Source: an uncultured archaeon
GTDB taxonomy: Archaea; Asgardarchaeota; Lokiarchaeia; Sigyniarchaeales; SOKP01
Length of the DNA: 64,000 nt
Reading direction: 5' to 3'
Assembly (NCBI GenBank): GCA_964493715.1
Contig: CAZBPC010000004.1
Span: forward strand, 32,001-96,000
Shown: one piece after another, positions 18,507-28,138 of the stretch
Layout of the letters: each line of letters begins with the position of its first letter
How positions within the stretch are numbered: the first letter of the stretch is position 1
Position numbers and translations under genes: made by a program
The notes under the pieces: model-generated
Told to the model about the DNA's origin: nothing
Database searches by the model: none
The model's input: the letters and a program-made list of their open reading frames with translations, nothing else

Positions 18507-19691
18507 CTAATTTAAAAGATTTTTAATTCTTTCGATAGCTTCTTTTATCCTTTCGATTGGTTGTGTTAGAGCAAACCGCACGTATCCTTCTCCGTATTTA
18601 CCAAAACCAACACCAGGAGTTATAATTACACCTTTATTAATGAGTTTCTTTACGAATTCCATGCTATTTACCTCGTTTTTTGGAAGACGGGTCCATACAT
18701 AAAATGTGGCTTTAGGTTTTTCAGTCTTCCATCCAATTTGATTTAATCCATCCACTAAAACATCACGTCTTTGTTGATAAATTTTTACGTTTCTTTCAAC
18801 AATTTCTGGTTTTTTGCTTGATTTATAATCATTCAAACCTCTTATAATTGCTTTTTGAATAAAGATGGGACATCCCGAATCTATTTGAGATTTAACCTTT
18901 CGTATTCCATTGATTATTCTTTCATTACCAACCGCCCAAGCGCAACGAAATCCGGTACAATTGAACATTTTAGATGCACTATTAATTTCCACATGGTCTT
19001 TATTGATTTGTAGTAATGAAGGAGCAATGTAATCATCATAAGTAAATTCTGAGTAAGGGTTGTCATAGACAATAAAAAATCCATAATCTTCAGCATAATC
19101 TACTGCTTTTTTCAGAAAAGATTCTGGGGCAATTGCGCCTGTTGGATTATTTGGGTAATTCAAGTACATCATCTTAGCTTTTTTAAGTATTTTGGTATCA
19201 ATAATTTCAAAGTCGGGTAAAAAATCCTTCTCTTCATTCAAAGGCATCAAATAGGGGCGCCCATCACATAATTTTGTTGCTCCATTTTCATATACGGGGT
19301 ATCCTGGAGTTGGGACTAACACGGTATCTTTGGGATTTACAAATGCTCGAGCTATATTTGCAATACCTTCTTTACCTCCTATTAAACCAGTAATCTCATT
19401 TTCAGAATTGAAATTAAGATTAAATCTTACTTCATACCATTTCTGAATCGCCTCTCTAAAATCTGTTTCTCCCATGCTGGAGGGATAATTCTGATTTGGT
19501 TGAACTTTTACTTGCTTTATTAACTCATCCACAATCACCGTGGGAGTTTCTAAATCAGGATCTCCAATCCCTAATGAAATTAGATCAACTCCTTGCTTCT
19601 TTTTAATTATTTTTAATTGTTCAATTTCAGCAAAAATATATTGAGGTAAAGCATTAATTCTTTCGGCATATTCAATTTTCATGAGATCCAC
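18507..19691 (-). CDS. dapL: PLP-dependent class I/II aminotransferase, LL-diaminopimelate aminotransferase-like
   Basis: LGIGDPDL, GGKEGI, LNYPNNPTGA, SASKMFNCTGFR (PLP Lys), TPGVGFGKYGEGYVRFAL. Confidence 0.7.
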   Translation of the reverse strand: MDLMKIEYAERINALPQYIFAEIEQLKIIKKKQGVDLISLGIGDPDLETPTVIVDELIKQVKVQPNQNYPSSMGETDFREAIQKWYEVRFNLNFNSENEITGLIGGKEGIANIARAFVNPKDTVLVPTPGYPVYENGATKLCDGRPYLMPLNEEKDFLPDFEIIDTKILKKAKMMYLNYPNNPTGAIAPESFLKKAVDYAEDYGFFIVYDNPYSEFTYDDYIAPSLLQINKDHVEINSASKMFNCTGFRCAWAVGNERIINGIRKVKSQIDSGCPIFIQKAIIRGLNDYKSSKKPEIVERNVKIYQQRRDVLVDGLNQIGWKTEKPKATFYVWTRLPKNEVNSMEFVKKLINKGVIITPGVGFGKYGEGYVRFALTQPIERIKEAIERIKNLLN

Positions 19692-19852
19692 AAAATTTTG
19701 AGTTTTTTTAGTTTATCAATTCCTTTATTGTATAAATTGAATTAATTACGAATAAAGCTATAAGCAAGTAATTAAAATTCTAATTATGAATAATTAATTA
19801 TAAAAATTTTGAATAAATATATATTTCATATCTGCTAAATGATTGATGTAAA

Positions 19853-20269
19853 ATGGGTCGTAATACACAAACGAGGTTTATTAAAGATCCTCCAAATAAC
19901 TTTTATTTCCATCCTTTTAAGGATGAAACATCAATGATTAAATTAACTCTTGCAGAATTTGAAGCAATGAGATTAAAACATTATCTTAATCTTTCTCAAC
20001 AATCTTCCGCTTCAAAAATGGGCGTTTCACAACCGACATTTTCTCGGATCCTAGAAATTGCACATAAAAAAATGACTCGAGCTTTAATAGAGGGGAAAAA
20101 AATAACTATTTATGGGGGTAACGTAGATTATAAAAAAAGTTTCATAGGTTTTGGCTGTTTGAATTGTAATCATGAATGGGAAGATGAAACTGCTTTCAGG
20201 AATAAAAAAGGAAATTGCATAAAATGCAATTCTGATAAAATATACTATCTGGTACGAGAACCTCTCTAA
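19853..20269 (+). CDS. DUF134/UPF0251 HTH regulator with a C-terminal Zn ribbon
   Basis: EFEAMRLKHY..LSQ..A.KMGVSQPTFSRIL; CLNC...CIKCNS. Confidence 0.85.
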   Translation: MGRNTQTRFIKDPPNNFYFHPFKDETSMIKLTLAEFEAMRLKHYLNLSQQSSASKMGVSQPTFSRILEIAHKKMTRALIEGKKITIYGGNVDYKKSFIGFGCLNCNHEWEDETAFRNKKGNCIKCNSDKIYYLVREPL

Positions 20270-20364
20270 AATTTGAAAATTTAACTTTTTGATAATCTAA
20301 TTATACATTAGGATTATTTATTTAATTATTATACTACATTAAGACACGTAAAATTAATGATGAT

Positions 20365-21486
20365 ATGAAATTTATGACAGAAACTCAAGCTAAAATATGG
20401 TACAAAGTAGCTAGAACAATAGTAAAAGCAGGTCAAATGCCAATTCCAATTAGCGAATCTTTAATCGAGTTGATTCAGAACATCATAACGGAAGAACAAG
20501 CTCAATTTATTTCATCAGTTTTTAAAAAACCCTCTTTAAACATTAATCAAATCAAATCAAACTCAACCTTAAATGGTACTCAATTAACTCAAATGTTAAA
20601 TGAACTCATGGATAATGGGGTTATTGTTGGTCTTCCAAGCAGAAGAACTGGTATCATGGTGTATAGACTTCTTGGACCATTTCCAGGAATGTTCGAATAT
20701 ACTAATCTTAAAGGTGAAACTGACGATAAACATAAAAAATTAGCTCGTCTCTTTGAAAGAATTTTTGTTGAAATGCGAGAAGGAACTCAAAATAATTATG
20801 ATACTATTGTGGAACAATTTGAAAAATTCCCTCCTATCGTAAGAATAGTCCCCGTCGAAGAAGAAATTGAAGAGATCCCAGTTGATAAGGTCATGCCACA
20901 TGAAGAAGTATCAAAAATCGTTGAAAAGTATGATGATATTGCTCTTGCTCACTGTTATTGTCGCCATTCACGTGATTTGTTAGATGAACCCTGTAAAGTT
21001 ACGAATGAAAGACAGAATTGCTTTCTCTTAGGAAAAAGTGCCCAGTTTGCAATAGAACACAAATTTGCTAATCCAATATCAAAAGAAAAGGCAAAAGATA
21101 TTATCAAAAAGGCTTCTGATGAGGGTTTGGTACACAAAGCATTTCATGTTCATCTAAATACTGATTTAGATGAAGAAGCTATCTGTAATTGCTGCTCATG
21201 TTGCTGTGGAATATTCCAATTATATTCTAGTGGTGTTATGCCATATCATTGTTATACTAATTATTTAGCAGAAGTTGATGAGGAGAATTGCATAGGATGT
21301 GGTACTTGTGTTGAAATTTGTCCAATGCATACTATTGACTTGGTTGATGTTACAGCAATTGTAAATGAATCAAAGTGTATTGGATGTGGTTTATGCGCTC
21401 ATCATTGCCTAGAAGAAGCAATTGAATTGAAGAGAATAGAAAATCGTGAAGTATTTATTCCACCTCCTAAGATAACAGTTGATTAA
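20365..21486 (+). CDS. 4Fe-4S binding protein (N-terminal wHTH, Cys-rich core, C-terminal 2x[4Fe-4S] ferredoxin)
   Basis: HCYCR, ICNCCSCCC, CIGCGTCVEICP, CIGCGLCAHHC. Confidence 0.85.
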   Translation: MKFMTETQAKIWYKVARTIVKAGQMPIPISESLIELIQNIITEEQAQFISSVFKKPSLNINQIKSNSTLNGTQLTQMLNELMDNGVIVGLPSRRTGIMVYRLLGPFPGMFEYTNLKGETDDKHKKLARLFERIFVEMREGTQNNYDTIVEQFEKFPPIVRIVPVEEEIEEIPVDKVMPHEEVSKIVEKYDDIALAHCYCRHSRDLLDEPCKVTNERQNCFLLGKSAQFAIEHKFANPISKEKAKDIIKKASDEGLVHKAFHVHLNTDLDEEAICNCCSCCCGIFQLYSSGVMPYHCYTNYLAEVDEENCIGCGTCVEICPMHTIDLVDVTAIVNESKCIGCGLCAHHCLEEAIELKRIENREVFIPPPKITVD

Positions 21487-21507
21487 TATAAGAGAGTTGC
21501 CTTTATC

Positions 21508-22608
21508 ATGCCCAAAAATATTTGGTATGCATTAGCAAGAAAAATTCTTAATGCGGGAGGACCTCCCGTACCAATAAATGAGAATCTTATAGATTTATTG
21601 AAATTGTTAATCAATGAGGACCAAGTCAAATTCTTGTTAAATTTTAGAAGACCTCTTAATTTTGAACAAATTCAAGAAAAAACAGGTATTGAGGAAGAAC
21701 CATTAAAAGAAATATTAGAAACTCTAATGAATGTTGGTCTTCTAACGGGAATCCCTAGTCGAACGACAAGAATAATGGTGTATAGACTTGTAGCGTTCTT
21801 ACCTGGTCTGTTAGAATTTACTCTAATGAAAGGAGAATCAGGACCTAAACAGAAAAAGATCGCAAGAATATGGGAGCAAATTTTCCAAGATGCAACTGAA
21901 ATGACTCAAAATAATTATGATATTGTAGTAAAAGCTTTTAAAAATGCTCCCGCTATAGATCATGTAATTCCAATAGGTGAGGAAATTGAAGTTTCTGAAG
22001 ATACGATTATACCGAATAAGGATATTGAAAAAATACTGGATAAGTTTGAAATTTTTAGTGTTTCATATTGTTATTGTCGTTATAGAAAATATTTATTAGA
22101 AGATCCATGTAAAGTCAATGCTCCAATACAAAATTGCTTAAGTTTTGGCAGAACTGCTAGATTTGCCATAGATCACGAATTTGCAAAAGAAATATCAAGA
22201 GATGAAAGTCTAACACTCTTGAAAGAAGCAGAAAAACTAGGACTTGTTCATAAAGCATTTCATATCAATGGCGATCCAAATTTAGAAGAACTAGCTATTT
22301 GTAACTGTTGCCAATGTTGTTGTGGTAGCTTTGGAAACTTCTATCGGGGTGCAGCACCCACATCTACCATGAGTTCTTATGTAGCATTTATAGACGAAAA
22401 ATCATGTATCGCTTGTGGAACATGTCACGATGTTTGTCCGATGGGTGCACCAACATTAGAGGGTGAATGTTATATTATAGGTATTGATAAATGTTTAGGA
22501 TGTGGTGTGTGCATCAATAGGTGTTCCGAACAAGCGATTAAGCTGCAGAAAACAGAACTCCATAGAGTTTTCATACCCCCCAAGAAAATTCCAATTCATT
22601 CAGAATAA
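21508..22608 (+). CDS. 4Fe-4S binding protein, tandem paralog of 20365-21486
   Basis: YCYCR, ICNCCQCCC, CIACGTCHDVCP, CLGCGVCINRC; shares GLVHKAFH and VFIPP blocks with the upstream gene. Confidence 0.85.
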   Translation: MPKNIWYALARKILNAGGPPVPINENLIDLLKLLINEDQVKFLLNFRRPLNFEQIQEKTGIEEEPLKEILETLMNVGLLTGIPSRTTRIMVYRLVAFLPGLLEFTLMKGESGPKQKKIARIWEQIFQDATEMTQNNYDIVVKAFKNAPAIDHVIPIGEEIEVSEDTIIPNKDIEKILDKFEIFSVSYCYCRYRKYLLEDPCKVNAPIQNCLSFGRTARFAIDHEFAKEISRDESLTLLKEAEKLGLVHKAFHINGDPNLEELAICNCCQCCCGSFGNFYRGAAPTSTMSSYVAFIDEKSCIACGTCHDVCPMGAPTLEGECYIIGIDKCLGCGVCINRCSEQAIKLQKTELHRVFIPPKKIPIHSE

Positions 22609-22638
22609 ATCTAAAATCTAATTTTCAATGATCTAAAA

Positions 22639-23076
22639 TCATGAAAGATTTTTGGAAAAAAAATCAACCACATTGAGTAATCTATTTGTGTTAAGTTCCA
22701 TTGCTAGCCTTACGCACTCTACGCTAACAATTGAAGCTTTATCCGATTCTCTAAAAATCTCGTGTTGAAAGGTAATAGATGAGGTCCCAATTTTTTTTAT
22801 TTGGGTATTTATAATTACATAATCCCCAAACTTTGCTGAACCTTGGTAGGTTATATCCACTTTTTTAACTCCAAAAACTGTCCCTTCATGGACAGTATCC
22901 TCTATCCTTTTTGGAGATAAAAGACTATTCATAAAACTAACAAATCCATCATCAAAATAAATCATGTAATTTTTAAAATGGACAACTCCCATCATGTCAG
23001 TATCATTGAATCTTACTTTTATTTTACAATTATCCCTATGATTTAAGATTCTGGCTTTCATATCGCTAATCGACAT
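22639..23076 (-). CDS. Acyl-CoA thioesterase (YbgC/4HBT hot-dog fold)
   Basis: VRFNDTDMMGVVHFKNY motif. Confidence 0.85.
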   Translation of the reverse strand: MSISDMKARILNHRDNCKIKVRFNDTDMMGVVHFKNYMIYFDDGFVSFMNSLLSPKRIEDTVHEGTVFGVKKVDITYQGSAKFGDYVIINTQIKKIGTSSITFQHEIFRESDKASIVSVECVRLAMELNTNRLLNVVDFFSKNLS

Positions 23077-23182
23077 AAAAATCTCTTTTTTTTTTAAAAT
23101 TTCCTATAATGAAATGCTTTTAATTATTTAACATAACTATATTTTTTAGATCTATGAATTTTTAATTTGATGTGTTTTAACT

Positions 23183-24286
23183 ATGAAAAATGAAAAAATA
23201 TTAGAAATCATCAAAAAATTAGCTGAAAAAAGAGCACCTTCAGGTATAGAGAAAGCTCGTGGAGAAGTCTTTAAACAAGAAATGGATATGATTATTGGCA
23301 ATAAGGATATTTCGATAAAGGAGGATGCTTTATGCAATTTCTACGTGAAATTTGATGGTCAAAATGCGAAAAAATCAATAGGAATTTATGCTCATATTGA
23401 TGAAATTGGAGGAACAATCCGTAAAATAAATAAAAGCGGTTGTTTAGAATTCTCCATGAGAGGTGGATATGAAACGCGTTGGTTGATATCAAGAAAAGTA
23501 CAGATTCTGAACAAGGAAAGAAAGTGGATAAATGGCGTCATTGAAGGTAGATCAACTCATTCGACTCCTCCAGCTTTAAGAAATTCAGAAAAATTAGAAA
23601 TACATGAACAAAAGATATACATCGGTGCTAAGAATAAAGAAGAAGTAATTAAACTTTATAGCATTCATGTAGGTGCACCATTCGTATTTTTTGGGACCTT
23701 TGGGCTACTAAATCCTTCAATTAATGATGATATAATCGCGGGATATTCATTGGACAATTTAGTTGCTGTCACATCATTATTTGTATTGACTGAAAAGATT
23801 GTAAATAATCTATTAGATGAATCCGGTGTTTTGAATAAAAATTATAATCTATACATCGTTGCCACATCAAGAGAAGAAATAGGAACGGAAGGTGCGTTAT
23901 TCTTTTCACGCAATAATGCTATTGATCAGGTGATTGCTATGGATATTGGATTAGTAGCTGATTTCTCTGGTAGTGTGAATTCTGGTATCACATTAACTGG
24001 GGGACCTGTTATTATTTGGCAGGAACAACATGGGGCTGGAGTTTTTGATTACGATTTATGTAGAGAATTTGCACGAGTAGCTGATGAGAATGAAATTCCG
24101 TACCAAAATGGAGTTTGTGAATATTACGGATCTGATGCTGGTAAAGCACAGAAATGGCTTGGGATTCCCTCCGTATTAATTGGAATCCCTGTAATGTATT
24201 CTCATAATGTGCCAGAAATTGGAACATTAAGTGGAATTCAAGAGGGAGCAGAATTGGTTTATCGTTATCTAAAAAATCATGATTAA
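23183..24286 (+). CDS. M42 family metallopeptidase (TET-like aminopeptidase)
   Basis: AHIDEIG, LDN, REEIG, MDIG, GSDAG and YSH metal-ligand motifs. Confidence 0.85.
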   Translation: MKNEKILEIIKKLAEKRAPSGIEKARGEVFKQEMDMIIGNKDISIKEDALCNFYVKFDGQNAKKSIGIYAHIDEIGGTIRKINKSGCLEFSMRGGYETRWLISRKVQILNKERKWINGVIEGRSTHSTPPALRNSEKLEIHEQKIYIGAKNKEEVIKLYSIHVGAPFVFFGTFGLLNPSINDDIIAGYSLDNLVAVTSLFVLTEKIVNNLLDESGVLNKNYNLYIVATSREEIGTEGALFFSRNNAIDQVIAMDIGLVADFSGSVNSGITLTGGPVIIWQEQHGAGVFDYDLCREFARVADENEIPYQNGVCEYYGSDAGKAQKWLGIPSVLIGIPVMYSHNVPEIGTLSGIQEGAELVYRYLKNHD

Positions 24287-25863
24287 ATCAACGATCTTCC
24301 AGTTACACTTTTATGAGGTGTTTTATTTACCATTTTAAGTAAGGTAGGAACGATATCTGTTATATTACAATAAGGAATTTCTACATGAGGAATTTCATCG
24401 GTTCCTCCAATAATTAGAGGAGTAACAGCACTTTCTCTTAAACCGATGTCATGACAAAATCTGCTCCCTCTTTTCTTTTTTCCGTGCTTCATATTATAAA
24501 CAACTTTTCCTCGCGTGCTTAATATTATATCTGAAGATCTAGGATTTTTAAAATGTCTTGGTAGGAGATCAATATATAGCGGATAATCAAGATGGTGAGT
24601 GGCGGCTAACCATTCTTCGCTAGTATGAAATTTGTTATCTAATAATCGTGAAGCTAACTCATCCTCGAGGTAATTAAATGGATCATGATCGGAACTTTCA
24701 AGCAAGTATTTTGTTTTATAATCCTTGCCAACCTCTTTATATTCAATTGATGCTGACGAAACATCAGCTGTCTGCGGATTTTTCTGACGAATTTGAATCG
24801 TGCCAGAATTTAGCGTGTTTTTCTCACCTCGATAATACATTAATTCCGTTCCTTCAATCTTGAATAATTCATTAAATAAATTCACTTTTTTTGGACCGAA
24901 ACTTTCGAGTTCTTTATTTGAAGGATGATACCAACCTTTATTTTTTGAGTTTTGGGATTTAAAATTAAATAAACCCACTCCTGTAAATTCGGCTACATCA
25001 ATATTACCATTGAGGTTTTTTCTGTGATGATAATGAGTCAATCCATTTCTCTCAAAGAAATTATTAAAATTTCCAATCTTATTTGCTGAATAATTTCCAT
25101 GATCTGAAGTGATTGCGATAGCTGTACTATCTAATACTCCAAGAGTCTTGAGTTCTTGAAGAAATAATCCCAACACCTTGTCAATATGATATAAATTTTT
25201 TTTATAAATAGTAGAATCAAAACCATAAAGATGCATCAAGATGTCAGATGACATAAACCATAGTAAACTAGCTACAGGACTCTCTTTTGACCCAAAATAT
25301 TTCTTTGGACGTTTAAATGTTTCTAATAATTTATGAACAACTACAGTGTTTGCCCTCCAGATATTATATTCAACTCTTCGGGTGTGCCTTAGCAATAAAT
25401 AATAAAATGCTAATTTAGTTTTCCTTTCAGGATAAAAATATGTAGCTCCACGATTGATGAACTGAGTTATACTTGCAGTGTTGACATCTCCAACCATTTC
25501 AAGGAATGTCTGGCAATTATCTCCAATATCATCATTGATCTTATAAATCTGAATACGCTTATCAGTGCCATATGTCATATAAGAACGTATTCTAGGTGGA
25601 GTAAAAGCGCGATCCAACCAATTCATGCTTGGGACACCATGACAAAGCTCTTTTCGAAAATCTCCAGTGTAAGTACCGGTAATCATTGATGCTTGAGTTG
25701 GATAGGTAATAGAAGGAAAATCTGTAATGCAATTTTTTGAATATATTCCATTTTCCATTAATTTTCGAATATTCGGAAGATATCCTTTTTCAATTAGATC
25801 ATAAAAATAAGAGGATCTGACATCATCTATGATGCAAAATATGATATGATTAAGCCTATTCAT
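24283..25863 (-). CDS. Alkaline phosphatase superfamily / type I phosphodiesterase-nucleotide pyrophosphatase
   Basis: IIDD, FPSITYPTQASMITG, DILMHLYG, ITSDHGN, DIVPT. Confidence 0.8.
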   Translation of the reverse strand: MNRLNHIIFCIIDDVRSSYFYDLIEKGYLPNIRKLMENGIYSKNCITDFPSITYPTQASMITGTYTGDFRKELCHGVPSMNWLDRAFTPPRIRSYMTYGTDKRIQIYKINDDIGDNCQTFLEMVGDVNTASITQFINRGATYFYPERKTKLAFYYLLLRHTRRVEYNIWRANTVVVHKLLETFKRPKKYFGSKESPVASLLWFMSSDILMHLYGFDSTIYKKNLYHIDKVLGLFLQELKTLGVLDSTAIAITSDHGNYSANKIGNFNNFFERNGLTHYHHRKNLNGNIDVAEFTGVGLFNFKSQNSKNKGWYHPSNKELESFGPKKVNLFNELFKIEGTELMYYRGEKNTLNSGTIQIRQKNPQTADVSSASIEYKEVGKDYKTKYLLESSDHDPFNYLEDELASRLLDNKFHTSEEWLAATHHLDYPLYIDLLPRHFKNPRSSDIILSTRGKVVYNMKHGKKKRGSRFCHDIGLRESAVTPLIIGGTDEIPHVEIPYCNITDIVPTLLKMVNKTPHKSVTGRSLI

Positions 25864-25984
25864 TGTATATTTAGAAAATTTATGAGATAATAAGTCTTAT
25901 TAAGAAATTTCAATATTGTCTCTGTACGAATTTGTCAATTAATTCAAAGCTCACTTTTATTAAGTATTAGATTAAGATAATATT

Positions 25985-27313
25985 ATGTCAGATAACACCA
26001 CATATAATACAAGATACACACAAATCTTCATTCTTTTCTACTTTGCTGAGGGGTTGAGTCAAGGAGTTCCTTATCTTTTTTGGAAAACGTATATTTTAGA
26101 TATACTGGGATCAATTGATTTAGCTCTATGGCTAATAGTTTATGCTATTGGAAATATTCCTTGGGCTATCAAGATGATAGTCGGTGTTTTTAATGATCGA
26201 TGGGGATCTAAAAAACTTGGAAGACGGTTTCCCTGGGTCGTAAGTTTTGGCACTTTTGGAGGAGCGATGTGGATAATGATGGCTTTTTATTTACCCGTCT
26301 CAGACATCTATGTCTGGTTAGCTATCTATTATTTCACAACTCAATTAGGAATGGCGTTTGCTGATAGTGCTCTTGATGGAATGATCTTGGATGTTACCCC
26401 AAAGGAAAAACTCTCTAGAGTTCAAGGATACACGTGGACAATGATGTTTCTAGGATATGGTGCTGGAGGGATGTTATTAGGGCTTATATTTTTAGTATTT
26501 AACATCGTACCATTGCTATTTTTGATAACTGGTGTTTTAAATATATTAGTTTCCTTCTTGACCTATTATGTAAAGGAACCCCCGCTTGAGGAAATTAGTA
26601 CTAGAGAATGGGGTAAAGGACTGCTTACGGTAATAACTAAAAAAAGAAATTGGAAAGTGTACATTTATACCATTTTGGCAGGGATACAAGCAGTGGTAAT
26701 CATTGATTTCTTCATGTATGTAGTATTAGTATCTATGGGTGAGTTAAGTGTTAGCCAAACCATTCTTTCTCTTTCAGGAACTGGAGCCATTGGAGCTCAG
26801 ATTTGGTTCACAATATTTTATCTCGCTAATGGGGTAGGTATTTTTATCGGGGCACCCATCGCGGGAAAATTTGGAGATAAAAATCGTAGAAAGACCGCAT
26901 CAACTATATTCTTAACCTATATCCCATTTCTATTGATACTTGTAATTCCATTCCTGTTCAATTTAGGATTTATGATTGCACTGATTCTAGGAATTATTTT
27001 ATTACTATTACAAGGAGGATTGCAAAATGGTTATACTGTTGTGAATCAAACTATAAGAGGCGATTTATCAAAGAAATACTACCCTAATTTGAAAAGCACC
27101 TATTTCGCATTATTAGTCTCCTTAGCCAATTTAGGTCAAAACATAGGTACTTTGATTGGAGCTTCTATTTTATCAATATTAGCAGCAATTAATTTGGATT
27201 TCTTCTTGATTTTCTTTGTAATTTCAGCTTTCTGTTCTTTTACATTATTTATAAGCTACGTGTTTTTTAAAAAAATTCCCAAAGAAGATTTTGAGCTTGA
27301 GCGAAACTTATGA
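25985..27313 (+). CDS. MFS transporter (AmpG-like)
   Basis: About 12 TM helices; PWAIK, DRWG..GRRFPW, DSALDG. Confidence 0.8.
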   Translation: MSDNTTYNTRYTQIFILFYFAEGLSQGVPYLFWKTYILDILGSIDLALWLIVYAIGNIPWAIKMIVGVFNDRWGSKKLGRRFPWVVSFGTFGGAMWIMMAFYLPVSDIYVWLAIYYFTTQLGMAFADSALDGMILDVTPKEKLSRVQGYTWTMMFLGYGAGGMLLGLIFLVFNIVPLLFLITGVLNILVSFLTYYVKEPPLEEISTREWGKGLLTVITKKRNWKVYIYTILAGIQAVVIIDFFMYVVLVSMGELSVSQTILSLSGTGAIGAQIWFTIFYLANGVGIFIGAPIAGKFGDKNRRKTASTIFLTYIPFLLILVIPFLFNLGFMIALILGIILLLLQGGLQNGYTVVNQTIRGDLSKKYYPNLKSTYFALLVSLANLGQNIGTLIGASILSILAAINLDFFLIFFVISAFCSFTLFISYVFFKKIPKEDFELERNL

Positions 27314-27400
27314 ATTAAAATCAATTTTACATTTATTTTTTTATCTTTATCTTTCTGGTTTATATAAATACTATTATAGGAGTAGATATATAGAAAAATT

Positions 27401-27501
27401 AGCCCCCGGGGGGATTTGAACCCCCGATCTGCAGATTACAAGTTTCAGCAATTAATATAAGTTAATTAATTTCTGCTGCTATACCGCTAAGCCACGGAGG
27501 C
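27401..27501 (-). tRNA. tRNA-Thr(UGU) with a 29-nt intron at position 30/31
   Basis: Acceptor stem GCCTCCG/CGGGGGC, T arm GGGGG-TTCAAAT-CCCCC, anticodon arm GCAGA-CTTGTAA-TCTGC after removing intron 27444-27472; CCA not encoded. Confidence 0.92.
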
Positions 27502-27659
27502 ATTTATTGGTAAAATGAGGCATATTTTAATAAAATAAAGATGATATTAATTTTTAATTTTGTGATTTTTACAGCGATTAAAACTAATAGATATAATTAA
27601 AAATCAAAGTTTCTTTTTGTTAATCAAGTAATAATCATCTTTTAGGTGTTTTTCTAAAA

Positions 27660-28004
27660 ATGTTTAGTAAAGAAGACGTCGAAATACTTGCATATCAACG
27701 TTATAAATCAAATGAATCTTATGAGAAGAGTGTTTGGTATCTTGCTGATCTCTGTGTAAGAATTAATAAAAATGTTCGAAATGGATATGACATCAAACCG
27801 CTTGAAACGGATAATGTAGTTCTTTTGATCAGGGATGATGTTAATGGGCAATTAATTGAACCAATTGAAGAAGAAATACGGGAAGTTGCTAAAATAATTT
27901 ATAACGAAGCTCCTCCAAAAAGCCAATTAGACTGGTTTATTAGTGAAAAAATTCTCCTTCTGCGAGAAATCAAGAAAGCAATTGAACAAGATAGAAAACA
28001 TTAA
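27660..28004 (+). CDS. Hypothetical protein with two DUF2934-like helical repeats
   Basis: EDVEILAYQRY...VWYLAD and EEIREVAKIIY...DWFISE are similar to each other. Confidence 0.6.
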   Translation: MFSKEDVEILAYQRYKSNESYEKSVWYLADLCVRINKNVRNGYDIKPLETDNVVLLIRDDVNGQLIEPIEEEIREVAKIIYNEAPPKSQLDWFISEKILLLREIKKAIEQDRKH

Positions 28005-28138
28005 GTATGATTCTTAATGAAGCTTCTGATTTTGATTTATAATTTTAAAATCTCTTTACGTAAGAAGATTTAAATTGTACATTCCATAGATTGAATCATT
28101 AAAACATTCTAATTAAATTATAGAGAAAGAATGAACTA

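Noticed and set aside
27313-27660. tRNA as a possible integration site for a mobile element
   Set aside because: No duplicated tRNA 3' end and no integrase seen in the window; the flanking genes are housekeeping.
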